Assembly: GCA_965637545.1 (NCBI GenBank)
Contig: OZ281495.1
Span: 7,378,001-7,442,000 of the forward strand
Reading direction: 5' to 3'
DNA: 64,000 nt
Origin: Phallusia mammillata
Taxonomy: Eukaryota
Of this stretch, positions 26,153 through 39,566 are shown in pieces. The notes below the pieces were generated by a model. The model ran no database searches and was not told the origin of the DNA. It saw nothing but the letters and a program-made list of their open reading frames with translations. The position numbers and the translations under genes were made by a program. Position 1 is the first letter of the stretch; each line of letters begins with the position of its first letter.

Positions 26153-29100
26153 GTAGGAAGGTTTTCTTTTTGAATCTGGGTGTTTTAATTTCAAACGTTC
26201 AGGGTTTACACAACAAATTATTATTTACACGGTGGGAGGTTCAGTGCGCCTTTGGTGGTCCGCGGTTAGTGTCATCACACCAGGGACGTTTCAAAATGAA
26301 AGCAATGTCAATTTGACACCAGTCAGCAGGCAACATATCGCCGCGAATTCCCTTCTATGGCACGTAGAACAAACGAAAACGCTAATAAGGTGGGCGCATC
26401 TTTGTAAACTGACGGAAACGCGCCTATTCCACCTTCGAGTGTGGCAAAGGTGTGTAAACAATGTCGCAGGAACGCGAAGGTGTGAGATTCGTGCTTGGTT
26501 AAGCCTTAGCCGCACGCCGCTTTGCTTTCCGCACCTGCTTGATACGACCTGGTGCCAATAAGGACTTGTACTTTCGCCTCATATCGCCCCCGCCCTGTGT
26601 ATTTGCACTGTGTCTTGCAGACAGCTGTTGTGACCCAGAGCCGGGCAATTCCAGATCGGGAACCTTGATTATTACCGTCGCTTGCGTGAGAAAATAGCAC
26701 CACCTGCGCGCGGCTTTACCACGATCGAGATCATTTTTCCAGGATCGACAAGTCATACCGATTTTAAATTGCGTTCAAACGCGACGCCATTTTGAAATTT
26801 CTTCCCCTAACATGTAAGATCTCATTTCGCGGCGTTTCAGTTATCATAACCCGGCAAAACTTGTAAGCGGACGCTTCGACTTCAATCGCGTGACATGGTT
26901 TGGTGTGAAAGACCAATGACTGGTCTTAACCGAAAAACGTGTCACAAATTACGGTTTAACACATGCGATTAATGTCTGGTAATGTGTTGAATTGGCGATC
27001 AAGCAGCGAGTGTTTACCCCACCCACACCTAGTGCCACGTTAAGATACAAGCAAACCACGTTACTTGCCTGGTAATTGCCCGATCGATATGGAACTAAAC
27101 GTGATGTAATTACGGCACTTCAGCAGGAGTTGTTAATAGTAAGATAGCGGCTGGAAGTGAGCAACAAAATCGGGGTGATTTGTATCCAAAATGAGTTGTT
27201 GCAAATTGCAAAATATAAACAGTTTATTTGAGTAGGCGGTTTAGGAACAATATACATTACCTACACACAATTTTGTTCTAGCATGTACACTCAATTATTA
27301 GGTAAACTCTTTGGAAAACTTGTAGGTCTGTATGAGGGAAATACAAAGCATTTAAATCGTATCGCTTTACAAATCGTTATAGTTTTAGAAAAAAAACTTG
27401 ATCAGGAAGTCATGTTACACGCACACAACCCAACCTTATACGTATCACATATATCCAACACAGTTACATTTTGAAAACGGATCAAAAATGGTTGATCTGT
27501 ATCGTTGTTGATGATTAGGGTGCAGTGTTGGGGAGGAGGCGCACTAATCACTCTCGTTGGCGCCATTTTTCCTGGCGTCATTTGTCAACAATAATTTGAG
27601 ACTAAATCGGTGTTAGAAGGCGTGAACAGTCTGCAAGACGATCGCCCCAATTAGAACAAGATATTTCGACTGTTTCTTGTAATTTGTTAAATACATTGCC
27701 AATTCAAAATGTGGAATCAAATGCGTACGTGGGCTTTTAAATCATTTCTGATAGGCCAATTTAAAAACAATGTTTTGGAAAATTGCCCGCTTGCGGTTTT
27801 GGTTGTATCGCGTTGTGCTGTAACAAGCGCTTGCAGTTCAATTTTGCTTGCCAAACTGCTTAGAAAGCAATATGTCCTCAACTTAAGGCTCTTGTTTTGT
27901 TTCATACAGTTTTTGTGAAGTTGCGCATTTTTAGTGCGAGTTAATTTTGTTTCAAAGTAAAGCGACTGTAAAGTTTTGTCCTAATTGCTGTCGATAATTT
28001 GGAAACCCTGTAGCCCTAATCATATGTTTCCAGCTATTGCGACCGCCGCATCATATGTCGCAATAAAATCACTTTATACTTTACCGGCCACCTAGCAATC
28101 TACAAATTGTTTCGTCCCATTAGCGCAACGCAATTACACGGCGCACTTATGACGTACGGCGTCCAAGACGTTTGCAAATTGTCCACTTGTCGTACGGCGC
28201 CTTGTCTTGCGCCACAACTAGCATCTCTTCGCCTTTACTTATGGTATAATCGCAAAGAACCAAATCGTAATTGCGGTAAAACGGCTTTGACTTAAGTGCT
28301 ACATGTAGCTAGCTACGTCAAAACACAAATCGCATCCGCCATATTTGAACAAAGAGGAAACAGCGAGGTGTGTAAAGTGGCTGGCATTATCTAGGCGTGT
28401 TTAAGCATCTGGTATTCACCTACTTTAGCTGATTCGTAAGTAAAGAAACTTTGGAAGTTCAGGCGTACAAAATCCCACTCACACGCTGTTCCCTTAAAAT
28501 GTACCCGATTTTCTGGCGTTTGAACACAAATAAATTTAGTTTAGTAAACAGTTCGTTACCACAATGAGTTTGGTCATCGTCAGGTACATTTAAAAGTGGC
28601 GCAATCGAATGTGGAAATAATTTATGGCATCACGAGGCAATGGCCATAGCAACCCGAGTAAGCAAACAGCCAATCGGAACGATGAGGGCCAGGCAACAAA
28701 TCGTCACCAAATCATCAAGTTTCGCACATTCGCGCCAACAACAAACACCAGCGCTTTGTAACGCCTGAAGGTTATATATCAGGAAGATGTGAACGAATAG
28801 ACGGAGAGGTTTCACGCCCACAGACAAGATTTGAGTGTTGGGCCACGTTGTTGCCATTTCCAAGGCGCGGGTTGTAAATATCAACAGAATATGTGAAGAT
28901 TTTGACTTCATGTCTGAGAAGCTTGGGTGGGAAACGCTCAGAATGGCTATAGTTACGATTCGTTTCCATGTGGCGCATGTTTTGATTGTGACAACGTATC
29001 GTAAAGGCGTAAAAGCACTTGGCTCTAGGTGTTGGTAAAGCTAACAGTTTTGTTACTCATTATCGCTGTTGCGTAAGCCAATCGTTTCACTGCAACTCAA

Positions 29101-32100
29101 AACAAAGAGCTTGGGCGCGAGGAATTAGATGTGCGAAAATCCTCGGTCGTGTTTGATTTGACACTCGGTCTTTTGTTAGCGCGGTGACTTTTGGCGCCGC
29201 GCGGCCGACAATGGGCGTGGAACAAATGTGAAAGCGTTGTCGCCGTCATCAGGCGCCAGCTTACAGCGGCCGAAAAAATCGTCCGACGCTTCTCGGTTTT
29301 GATATCGCCAAACTGCGACATGATTGCAATGCTATTTGCCGGGCAAATGCAACGGCGCCTGTTTACCCGGCGTGGCTTTTGCTTTCCACTCATCCAGTGC
29401 GGTTAAGCGTTCGATGATTTAGCAAACATTTGCTTAGCGGCACCGATAGTGCTTGTTCGTCCGAAACCAAACATCTCTTTGCGCGTGAATTGGTTAAAAA
29501 GCGGAAATGAACAGTGACCGATTGTTCAATAACGCCTTTTGTGCCAACGCCTTTGAAGCTGAGCCTATACGTTTTACACTGCGTCCAAGCCGGAAGGATT
29601 TATTTGCGCGTTTTCAGGCATTAGTGCAATGACTTTAGTTGTGTTGTGGCTCTTCTGTCAAAGCGGCACCTGCCCAAAATAGCGGGTTTCCGTTTCAGTA
29701 GGAATCCGTCAGAATTGCGACGTGTGGTTTGTGCCTCAACAAGCCGAGGCCAAACGAACAACAACCTACGACACCTGCTTAATGTATCAGAAACCAGGAT
29801 ATCGCGTGAACTTGCGTGCCGTGCGATATGCACAAGTGGTTTTGTCGCTTTCGACTGTCCCAGCCAGGCTGTAAACAACGCGGTCTCGTTTTCGGGGGTT
29901 GGGTGTGGAAAAGGGGCTATGGGGTTTCAAATGGTTCGCATTGGTCTCCACCATTTAGGGGTGTTGGGGTCCGAGGGATGCATCACTGCTCATAATCTTG
30001 TTATTTCAAAACACCATAGCCTGATTTTTGAAGTACATTACCTTCTTTAAATATTTTTGAACAGAAAATGTTTAAACTTTCCAAATTCTGTGCCTACATT
30101 TGGTTATAAGTTTAGTTTTAAAAGTTCGGTTCAAAAACATTTAGTGCCAATATGAAGTCATACAAATAAGAAGTTGTTTATAAAACGGGTCTTTACCTTT
30201 TAGCCCGAGCGTTGAAAATCGTGATCTTGCTAATCCGTCTTCAATAGCAGCCACATATACGCAAATGTGTCAAACAATAACACGAGCTGAGCGGCCTTTG
30301 TTAAGGCAATTAAACCAGATTGCGTCAATTCCAAAGAAACGAATTTAAGCCCAGTGCGTACCTGGATTAAGAGTTTTTGATACATTTCTATTCACACTTT
30401 ACTTGGTCTTGTTTGCTCACAACGATTGGTGTTTCTTAAAGTGGCGATGAGTGATCGATGTTTCAATAAATTGAGGCCAATCAATCATTCGCAGTTTTGA
30501 CACGTTGACTCATAAACTATTTGTCGATCGGTCGCGACTCTTGGTAAAGATCACGCGGCTTCGTACTGCCAAGAACTGAAGAAACCGCGACGCGTTCGGC
30601 TCGGTGTGAATTAATTGACTAGCTGTCACGCAAAACAAATACTCCAGTGCGATGAGTTCAATTTCGCCAGAAAGCCAGTCTTTTTAGCTATCAACATAAA
30701 CAAGGTGATACGATGGATGCTGCTCAACAGTGCTTGTCTGCAAAATTGCTCGCGTGGCGCACTTGTGATTACGGCAAGCAAAGGTCGTGTCCTGCCCCAG
30801 CAGGCTAATTCGTGGCATCGCAATCCCGCACAAGGCGACGAATGTCGAAAGGGTGATGAATGCGCCGGTGCTGGGACTCGCGCCATGCGCCCATCACTCG
30901 CGCCTAATTCGTCTTTTTTATCGGGATTTCCGCGCTGGCGCCGCCGGTTGTTAATCCCCCAGACGCCGCAGAGTTAATCGTCAGCGCCGGGCGTTGTTTA
31001 TAGCTGCGTGCGATGTTGTTTGTAAACCCTGACCCCACCAGATCGCCAACCTAGCGAAATTCAGGGCATTCGCTGATTGCGTGATGTTGTTCAGAGGCAG
31101 GGCATATCAGGAAAACATAATCCCTAAACTCAGGGTACAAACCAATAACAAATCTGTTAAGCAATAGACGAAAATCTGTTTTTTGTAAGCTGTGTGGAAT
31201 TTTCCTTTGTGGAGTGGGAAACAGTTTCCCTCTGTGTGACGTATATGTCAGTTTTGACGTCAAAATTGGCGACAATAGTGGCGCTGTTTCTTGTGAGAAA
31301 AAGCGCTCAGGTATTATGTAATTATCGCCAGTTTCCGACACATCACCTCTAAGGGTTTGTTCCCAGACCAGCAAATGTTGTGTGCTTGTCCGGCTTCCCA
31401 GACCCTGAATTATCGCATAAAAGGCGGGTTAAATACCGCCCCGCTACCTTACTATGTGTTTGTGCTTCGCCAGTGCCGTTATTATTGTCGCCGTTCCCGG
31501 CAAACGTCAAGATTTGCGAAAATGGTATTTTCTCCCACATACGCTACCGGTTACCTATCGATGTCGTCGTATCGATGTGTTAACACGACAAAGGGTAAAA
31601 ATTGTCAACTAAAAGATGACATAACAAGTCCAAACGATAGTTTCAGACACATTGAGCCAATAAAGATTAGTCAACATCGTTAACTTAAACCGCAAATCCC
31701 AACTCAAATTCGAATGTTCCATTGCGGAAGCTATGGATTTGTGAGCCTTTATGACGCAAGGTCCCATGCGCGAGGTCAAGTCGCCAAGGTCAGTACCAAG
31801 TTCACGGGAGCGCGTGTAACTCTAGCTTGTTTAGCTTCCTAATCGACCGGGGAACGGCCTTGTCCCCTTTCGCCACAAACCAACGAAAGTAAATTCGCCC
31901 GAAATTTTGACAACATTACGTCACCACATATCTAGACACAATCATTCCTGCGTTTCGCCCTAGTGACGTTTCGTGACGTCACTAAAATACATTTTGCGCG
32001 GTTTTAAGCTGGACAAGGAAACGTCTTGTGCCGTATTAGGAGTTTTGGTGTAGGTGTGTCGTGTCCAGTTTAAAGTACACTGCAATTGTGCTAATCGCCT

Positions 32101-35100
32101 GTTGGAATACGCGGATCGATTCGAGTAACTCACAAACGCCCAGCGACAATTACGTTAGTGCAAGTCGCGTTGTCAGTGTGCTAATGAACAAACAATTATC
32201 TGGCGCCAAAGTAACACAAATTGCACTAATAGCTAGTTTCCAGATAATAACTGAAAAGCCCCTCTTTCCAGTGCTCAAACACATAATACTTTGCTAAATT
32301 TTGCTACATTTCAATGGACTAATGGACAAACGCGAGAATGTTTCATATGTATTCTAACTTTAGTTAAAAAAAGACAAACTTTGAGTAGCAGAAAAATCAT
32401 TACATTAGTTTTGGTATATCTTAAAACTAGGTCAAAAGCATCGTAAACCAAGTACGGGTGCAAAAACGATTCAATCATTTCAAACCAAACATTTCTGTGT
32501 CAGCTTTATTTACAACCATTTTGGGTAATTACGGCTCTTGCGGCTGCCAAGCTCGACATGCATCTGCCAAAGTAGGGTAAGAAGCGGAAAACGGACGCCC
32601 ACGACGTTTTTATCGAATCCCAAGTGACTTTCCAGCAATAACTCGCGCATTCACTCAGGCAGCCGTTTGTTCGAACGGCGACAAATTTCAATAACAAAGA
32701 TGTCACCTTCGTCGCCACAGTCGTCAACAACTCAGCAAAAATCGTTTTTAATAGCAGCCGATGGCATTTGCGACATGTTAGTTATTTGAAGGGCTAACGC
32801 GCCTGGCCTCTGGGAATTTTTAGAGGCCGTTTGATCAATGGTAATGGCGAATGGAAATAAATAACCGATTTGTAAGAGCGCTTTATTATCGACCTACGTT
32901 TGTTCCTTGAGGTCTAAATAGCGTGTGAACAACCATAGAGGTCAACATTAATTTGGCAAGTGCTGTTCTAAACGGTGGTAAATTCAAAGCTTTAAGTAGA
33001 CCGATTTGGGAAGGCAAACACACAACTAAAAAACAAACAAGTTGATAAATACAATTTCCTTGTCGTGAAAATATTTACAAAAGGAATATTAAAAAGGCGC
33101 CAAAATTCACCAACATAAGACACAATTACAGTATATGTGATGATCTTTACAGCACGAAATCTGGAGAGCAATTTGCTCAAAGACACATTATCCAACACAT
33201 GTCCACTAAGAACACATGTAATTCCACGCAAAACACATTACACGGGCCGGACGGAAACACAAGCTTAAATATCCCGCCCTCGTGAACAACTAACACGTCC
33301 TGTCCGACGATAAGGAGTTCTATACAAACAGCAGGTGGATGGAGAATTCATGTCGGGCCACTGGACATAGGGAAGCATTAGGTGACAAAATGGCTTTCTC
33401 ATTGATGGACGCTTCCTAGATTACTTAAACGCTTGTTGCCAACTAAAATACCCATCAGTTTACATGACACACTTTCGATTAATGGGCGACAATAGCACTT
33501 AGCTGATTGTAGGTTTTACAGTGCGGGAGCTTTCATATTAGCGCGTCGCATGTCCCAGGTAAATGCGCAGCAAGATGGCGGCCGGCTTTAGGAGGATTCT
33601 TGGCGCCATTTGTTTTTTAACACACTCGGCGTAAAAATATCTTGTCTGGTCAGTTTGATCACTAATTTCCCAACAACAATCTCGAAAAGCCATAAAAATG
33701 AAAACAGTGCACCATAATAGCAATCACCATGTCTTATGTCAACTTTAAAAGACCTGATCTCAATTTCATGTCAATTTTCTCGGGAGTGGTAAACGGTTGC
33801 AAGATTATTTGTAAATATTGCACAAACACATCGTATCGTAGCGTACAACAAGCTTAAAATCAATCTTCTACATTTTTCCGCAACTAAACTTAGTCCAAGC
33901 GGCATCTCTATTGCATTGTGACGCTCCGACCAAACCCCTATAAGGGAGATAACATCGTCTGGTCTGGGTCGGCATAAACCCAAGCCGACAAAGCGATATT
34001 GGCGTAACGAATTAATGCACAAGATGGTAGCGTTGCAAGGTCAATGGCGTGTTAAACACAGTCTGCTGTGGAGTTACGTTACTGCCTAATGCGTCAATCA
34101 AATGTACAAGCATCCGCGTACACCTTTGTGGGTAACTTGACTATATACTTGCAGGCAACCTCTGTCCGAAGGCAGAAAGGTCAGGGATGTAGGCAAAGCG
34201 ATAAGGTGCGGGGCGTTTCACGGCAAATCCCGAGGCGTCGTGATGCTGCAGATAACGCAGCTAAGCTTGGGGTTGCGTTTCCATCTTTGATTGAAAGGCG
34301 ACTCAAACACTCTGGCGCGCATTCCGACACCCGAAAACTAAACCGCTTTTATAAAACATCTCCCGAGAATTCGCACTATAAATCGGCGTAACCTTTGACC
34401 CGACAGGCAAGTGACCAAAGGCCTTAGGAGCACTTTAAAGAAGACTGGTCCATCGGCATCGTTCAGACGGATAATTGTCAGTGGCTTCCCGCTAATATCC
34501 CGTATTTTGCGGCGCTCTGCCAGAACATGATAACCAGCTTGTGTCGAAACAATTACTCGCGTAGTGACGTAACAGAACACACGTACACATCAGAGTGTTC
34601 GAATCAAAACATCCTCTCTGGCAACTTTGAAGTCGCCAACTTTTTGGGTTTGCCTGACACTTGAACAACACTACAGCACCACGCGACTAATGGAAATGGA
34701 TGCGGCCACACACATTGTCCGACGGCATGAAACGGTTTCCGTTAATTTGGAAGCCCTTTGTGCAAGCGTGAAGGAAAACTTGACCGCTTCCGTGTATAAT
34801 TTGCCCGGATAGCCAGGCCACTATGGGTCAATACGTCGCCTGGGCTTAGAATCTACGAAACATACGGGAGCGTCAACAACACGAGCTAAGTAGCTCGAAA
34901 TAACCAATAGCGGTTTACAGGGTCCAAAGGAAATGTAAGAATTTGGCCTCGGACGTGCATGCGAACCTAAACGAAACAGTGCTGGTAGCGTTTCGCCGAA
35001 GCAGACGCGCCGACCGCTGCTGGTATCTATGAGGAAATCGCACCTCGAAAGGCAACAGGAAATAACCCATCGCGGGGTACTTGAGGCACGCATATTCGTC

Positions 35101-37334
35101 TAATAGCCTCTTTTAGCGCCGGCTCCACGCGCTGCACGTCGTCCCGTTGGCAGCGAAAGTGAAAAACCCACCGAGCAGCGGTTTTGCCTGTCAGAAAAAC
35201 ACATGTGGGCTATTGGTTCTAGAATTAAAATGCCCTATTTTTGAGTACCACCTTTCGGGATTTTAAACAGAAAATTGGAAAGCGCTTACTCTAAAAATGG
35301 CGGCAAATGTTATTAGTAGGCGCGAGTGTACATATTATTGACCTAATTATTATCGTCTAGCAAATTTACATGATTGCCGCCTGAACTACGAGGTGTTATA
35401 TGTAAACTTGTGCCAAAAATGCCTGAAATTTATTTGGGGGGTTGATAATTTTCCAACCTATTTTCAATTATCCGAGTATTCTAATTTTGTTCATGGAATT
35501 GGCAAATGGTATAAAAGTGCACCAAACAGCGTTTTTACAACAAACAATGCTTTCGTGTAAAAATGTACATCAAATTATCGGACCAAGTGCTTTATGAGGA
35601 ATTGGTTATTTCTCCTAACCTTGGGAAAACAAAGAACTCATCACGCGGTGAAAAGCAATAAAACCTCGAGCGCAATTCTGGCACGGGGAACAAACAAATA
35701 CTCACGAAACAACACGGACCCGCTCAAACTTATTTAAGATGCTACTCCCGGAGCGAGCCGTTATAAATCACACAAACAAACTATTGAGTCTCGAATGTAA
35801 TCAGCTTTCAGCTGGGCTCGTAGCAAGTAAAGCCAGTATCGCAATTAACTAACAGCGAAACTTTGTGTTTTCCTAGCAGCGGGATTACATAACTCTCGCC
35901 ACGGGAAGGTATTGGCTTTAGAACAAAGCTTGTGCCATTTGTTCGTGTGTGCTGCCGCGTATAATAACTTGCGGTTGAGTTTTGTTTGCACTGCTGCCGT
36001 GGCACTACGCCCATTGTCACACCGTCCCACCGGTCACCCAGCAACAAATGGCTCACTTAATTGCAACAGGTGTGGATTTCGGGAAAGACGTTTCCATTAC
36101 ACAAATTATTAAACAAACAAAAGCAACGCCTAAACGAACCGATTTTGTAAATTGTTAAAAGAGTGCTTGGGGCAAAAAGTAAAGATGTTTTGCATTTGAA
36201 GTCCCCTAATATAAAAAAATTGCTTAACAGCCACTATTTGGTTACCTTTACAATTCCCTAATACTGTGTAAAATGAATGTAGAACATATAACAAATATTT
36301 GTTGGTGCTTTGAAGTTTTGTTCGAAACAAATGGCAAGCTGCTTTAAAATTTACTCCCGAAAATTTGAAGTGACTGGGATATCTCACAGTACAGTACAAC
36401 ATGAAAACATTATTGACAAGTGTGTACGTCTGTTGCTGTTATTACACCTCTGTTGCTGTCACATGCCACTGCTTGGCGGTTTAAGGACCGGCTTGACCCC
36501 GCGTCGTATTTGCACGATGTTGGACGCTTGATTCCGGCTTGCTCATCAGCAGCACTTCACCTCTGCAGGGATTAATGCGGACAAATAGACTTCCCGGTGC
36601 CCAGCGTTGACCTAAACCTGGTGGGAAAGAGTGAAATTCTCGCGTATTGCTATTCCACAGTGCGACGGCGCATGCAATCTGCTTCACATCGGGGCAGATT
36701 GCAGATTGTCAGGTCAGAGATCATGTTTGGATGTAATGCGACGGGGTAAACCGCGATTATGGCGATTTGTGCGTCTCGGAGGACACTGGCTGCGTGTTTG
36801 TTTTTGACGTCCTGCGGCAAATCGCTTTGTCTGCTTGTCACGGCGCCGCGCCACGATCCGATAATCGACCAGCGCCATTCCACAACATCAAATCGCGAAC
36901 TGTGAGCCGCTAAATGGACCCAGCTCGGGTGCGATGAGGCCGGACGATTAACGTGAAGATTTAGTCACTCGATCTCACAGAGATACAAGTTTCTAATCGC
37001 AAATTTTGAGCAGCGGGGAGTCAAAGCTTATGAATTAATGTTTAGTACTAACAGTTGGACAGCAAATCCGATTGTTTCACTGGAGTTTCTTGGTGTAAAA
37101 GCATGTCTTATGCGTTCACCAAGCTTGGTAATTTTCACACAAATGAAACAAACAGCTAGTGTTGCAAAATTAGTTTTCCAAACAAATTAATACACAAATA
37201 AAACACTCAGTACATACCAAAACACAGAACAATCCAGGTTGCAAATTAAAACAAACTAGGATATTATGCTTGCAAAAACTTTCCCACAAACAAGTTGTAA
37301 CCTTCTATTTACGCAAGATTTTATCTTTCCACAG

Positions 37335-37605
37335 GCGAATGTTTCCATCATTCAAAGTGCGAGTCCGTGGGCTAAGCAAGAATGCGAAATACATTATGTT
37401 GATGGACATCGTAGCTGCTGACGATTGCCGCTACAAGTTTCACAACTCCCGATGGATGGTGGCTGGAAAAGCAGACCCGGAGTTGCCCAAGAGAATGTAC
37501 ATCCACCCCGACTCACCAGCAACGGGGGAACAGTGGATGAACCGACCTGGCGTGTCCTTCCATAAACTGAAACTGACCAACAACATCGCAGATCCACATG
37601 GACAT
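37335..37605 (+). CDS. Tbx2/3: Tbx2/3 coding exon 2 (T-box)
   Basis: Acceptor ttatctttccacag|G. Encodes (R)[10 protein letters not shown]...[46 protein letters not shown]...[16 protein letters not shown]. Donor CAT|GTACGT, phase 0. Confidence 0.97.
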
Positions 37606-39419
37606 GTACGTATCTGAACACCCTTGTTATGCCTTAAATCTTCAAAAAAATCGTTTAAAAGGCGTTGTTTATATGTCAACGCATGTTTGAATTGTACAAA
37701 TCCCATCAACCAGGCGAAATAGTTGGGATTGGGAACCAAGACAAAACATTTGTTGCCAAGTCTATGCTGGGTTGCATTTTGTACAACATGCCGTCATCAC
37801 GCTTAAAAAAGATATAGTACGAAATACAGCCTGAAGGTTTTACGCATCCTAGCGCCATTTTGTGTGGCCGGAATCACGGCGCTTAACATTACAGATGACT
37901 GATGCACAGCTGAGGTAGTTTAGATACAAACACAGTGACGAGTTGTAATTGATTGTATGCAGCGGCAAGTAATGCCACCCCACGTAATGACAGAGATCGG
38001 CTTCATTAAACTCCGCGCCCGACAATTATACATCGCCATTTGCGAGCCATTAAGTGATTGTCGTCGCTCGGTAAGGGCTTCAAGAATAGCTGGATGCGAC
38101 TCGAGGATGACAAGGCACTACCTCAAAGCAATGACGCAAACATTTTACGGTATCATGAAGGAAGATCAAATTCGCTGAAAACTTCTTGACAAATTAGCGA
38201 TCATGACTTTGACGTCGCCGACACGGTGACAAGTAGTGCTCAAGAGGTTTCCTTCAAAGTTGAAAATGCATGCGTTCGCGATAGGAATTTGATCATGACG
38301 TCGCGCTTAAATTAGACACATCCATAACCTTGAGGTTAAATGCCAGCGTTCCCAACGGTGCCAACTACCTTCTTGCATCTTCCTACCTAAAGTTATTTTC
38401 TCAATCATTGATCAAGAATGATTCGCACTGCGAGCCCATGCTTATGCATCTTTCAATGATCAGATCATAGCTTTAACGGTTTTGGGAAGTAGTAAGCATT
38501 CCATATGTATTTATAGCTGTACATTGTACAAGTAATCATTACTTGCGTTTGGAAGGTGTTTGGAGACTATGGGAGTGAAGGGATCGGTGTGGGAGGTCCA
38601 GAGCGATTTTGGTGATAATTTAATGGGCTAAGTTGATATCCGGCGTAGACTGTAACTCCTACTGACCATGTCCGAGCTAGACAGGCCGCGCTACAAGTTC
38701 TAAAGAGGCTTTGTCCTCCGACGCCGTGTTGCATCTAATCTCCGGTGCTCCAGCAGCTCGCGGGGAGTCTCCTGGCGCTTGTGCGTAATTGCTTCGCCTT
38801 TTCAAGTCGCGTGATGAACGCAGGGGGACAAGGAGCACATTTGACCTGATGTACTACAAGCCGTCCCTGATCGCGCCGAGCTAAGCTGAACTTTTCATGA
38901 TCCTTGGTCTCTCGCGGCGCCGCGCAGATCTCACGGTTCAACGTAGTGAGCTCGCGCGCTAAATTAGGGGAGTCCTTTGGTACATTATAGAGAACTTTGT
39001 AAAGTCTTTGGCAAGCCGACTACTTGACTTTGAGCCTGTGCCAATTTGCGACCATACTTGCTCGAGTGGTTGGTATCGTTGCAAAGTAACGCCATCAACG
39101 GAAGTATAGGTCAAAAACAAGGTCATTTTTGAAGGTCCAAAGAGAAAATGGTACAAGCGGATTTAAGGCTTTTAACTTGAAACAACTGCCTCACTTTACC
39201 CTTTTTTCTTCATATAGTTTGCCTACAAAGTGCAACCAATAAATAACTGCAGAACAAGCGTTTTCTTGCGATATTTTGAACTTCATTTCATTTAGATAGC
39301 GACACTTGTAAAACGTGCTTCTGCATGTCAAACAAGCGGATCCACCGGGTGATAGGCATCATGTTTTATCAGCGCGCAGCCATCCAGCCCTGTTAACGCT
39401 TTGCCATTTTCACTTGCAG

Positions 39420-39566
39420 ACAATCTTGAACTCGATGCACAAGTACCAGCCCCGCTTTCATGTGGTACGCTGTGGTGACATCTCGAAGCTTCCCTACTGC
39501 GCGTTCCGAACCTACGTCTTCAAGGAGATGCAGTTTATCGCCGTTACCGCTTACCAGAATGAGAAG
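39420..39566 (+). CDS. Tbx2/3: Tbx2/3 coding exon 3 (T-box)
   Basis: Acceptor ttttcacttgcag|A. Encodes [49 protein letters not shown]. Donor AAG|GTTCGT, phase 0. Confidence 0.97.

Noticed and set aside
39315-39419. TBX3+2a-like in-frame extension of exon 3 (the frame is open upstream of the acceptor)
   Set aside because: The nearby upstream AGs end at 39355, 39372, 39379 and 39387, which are 64, 47, 40 and 32 nt from the acceptor; none keeps the frame.
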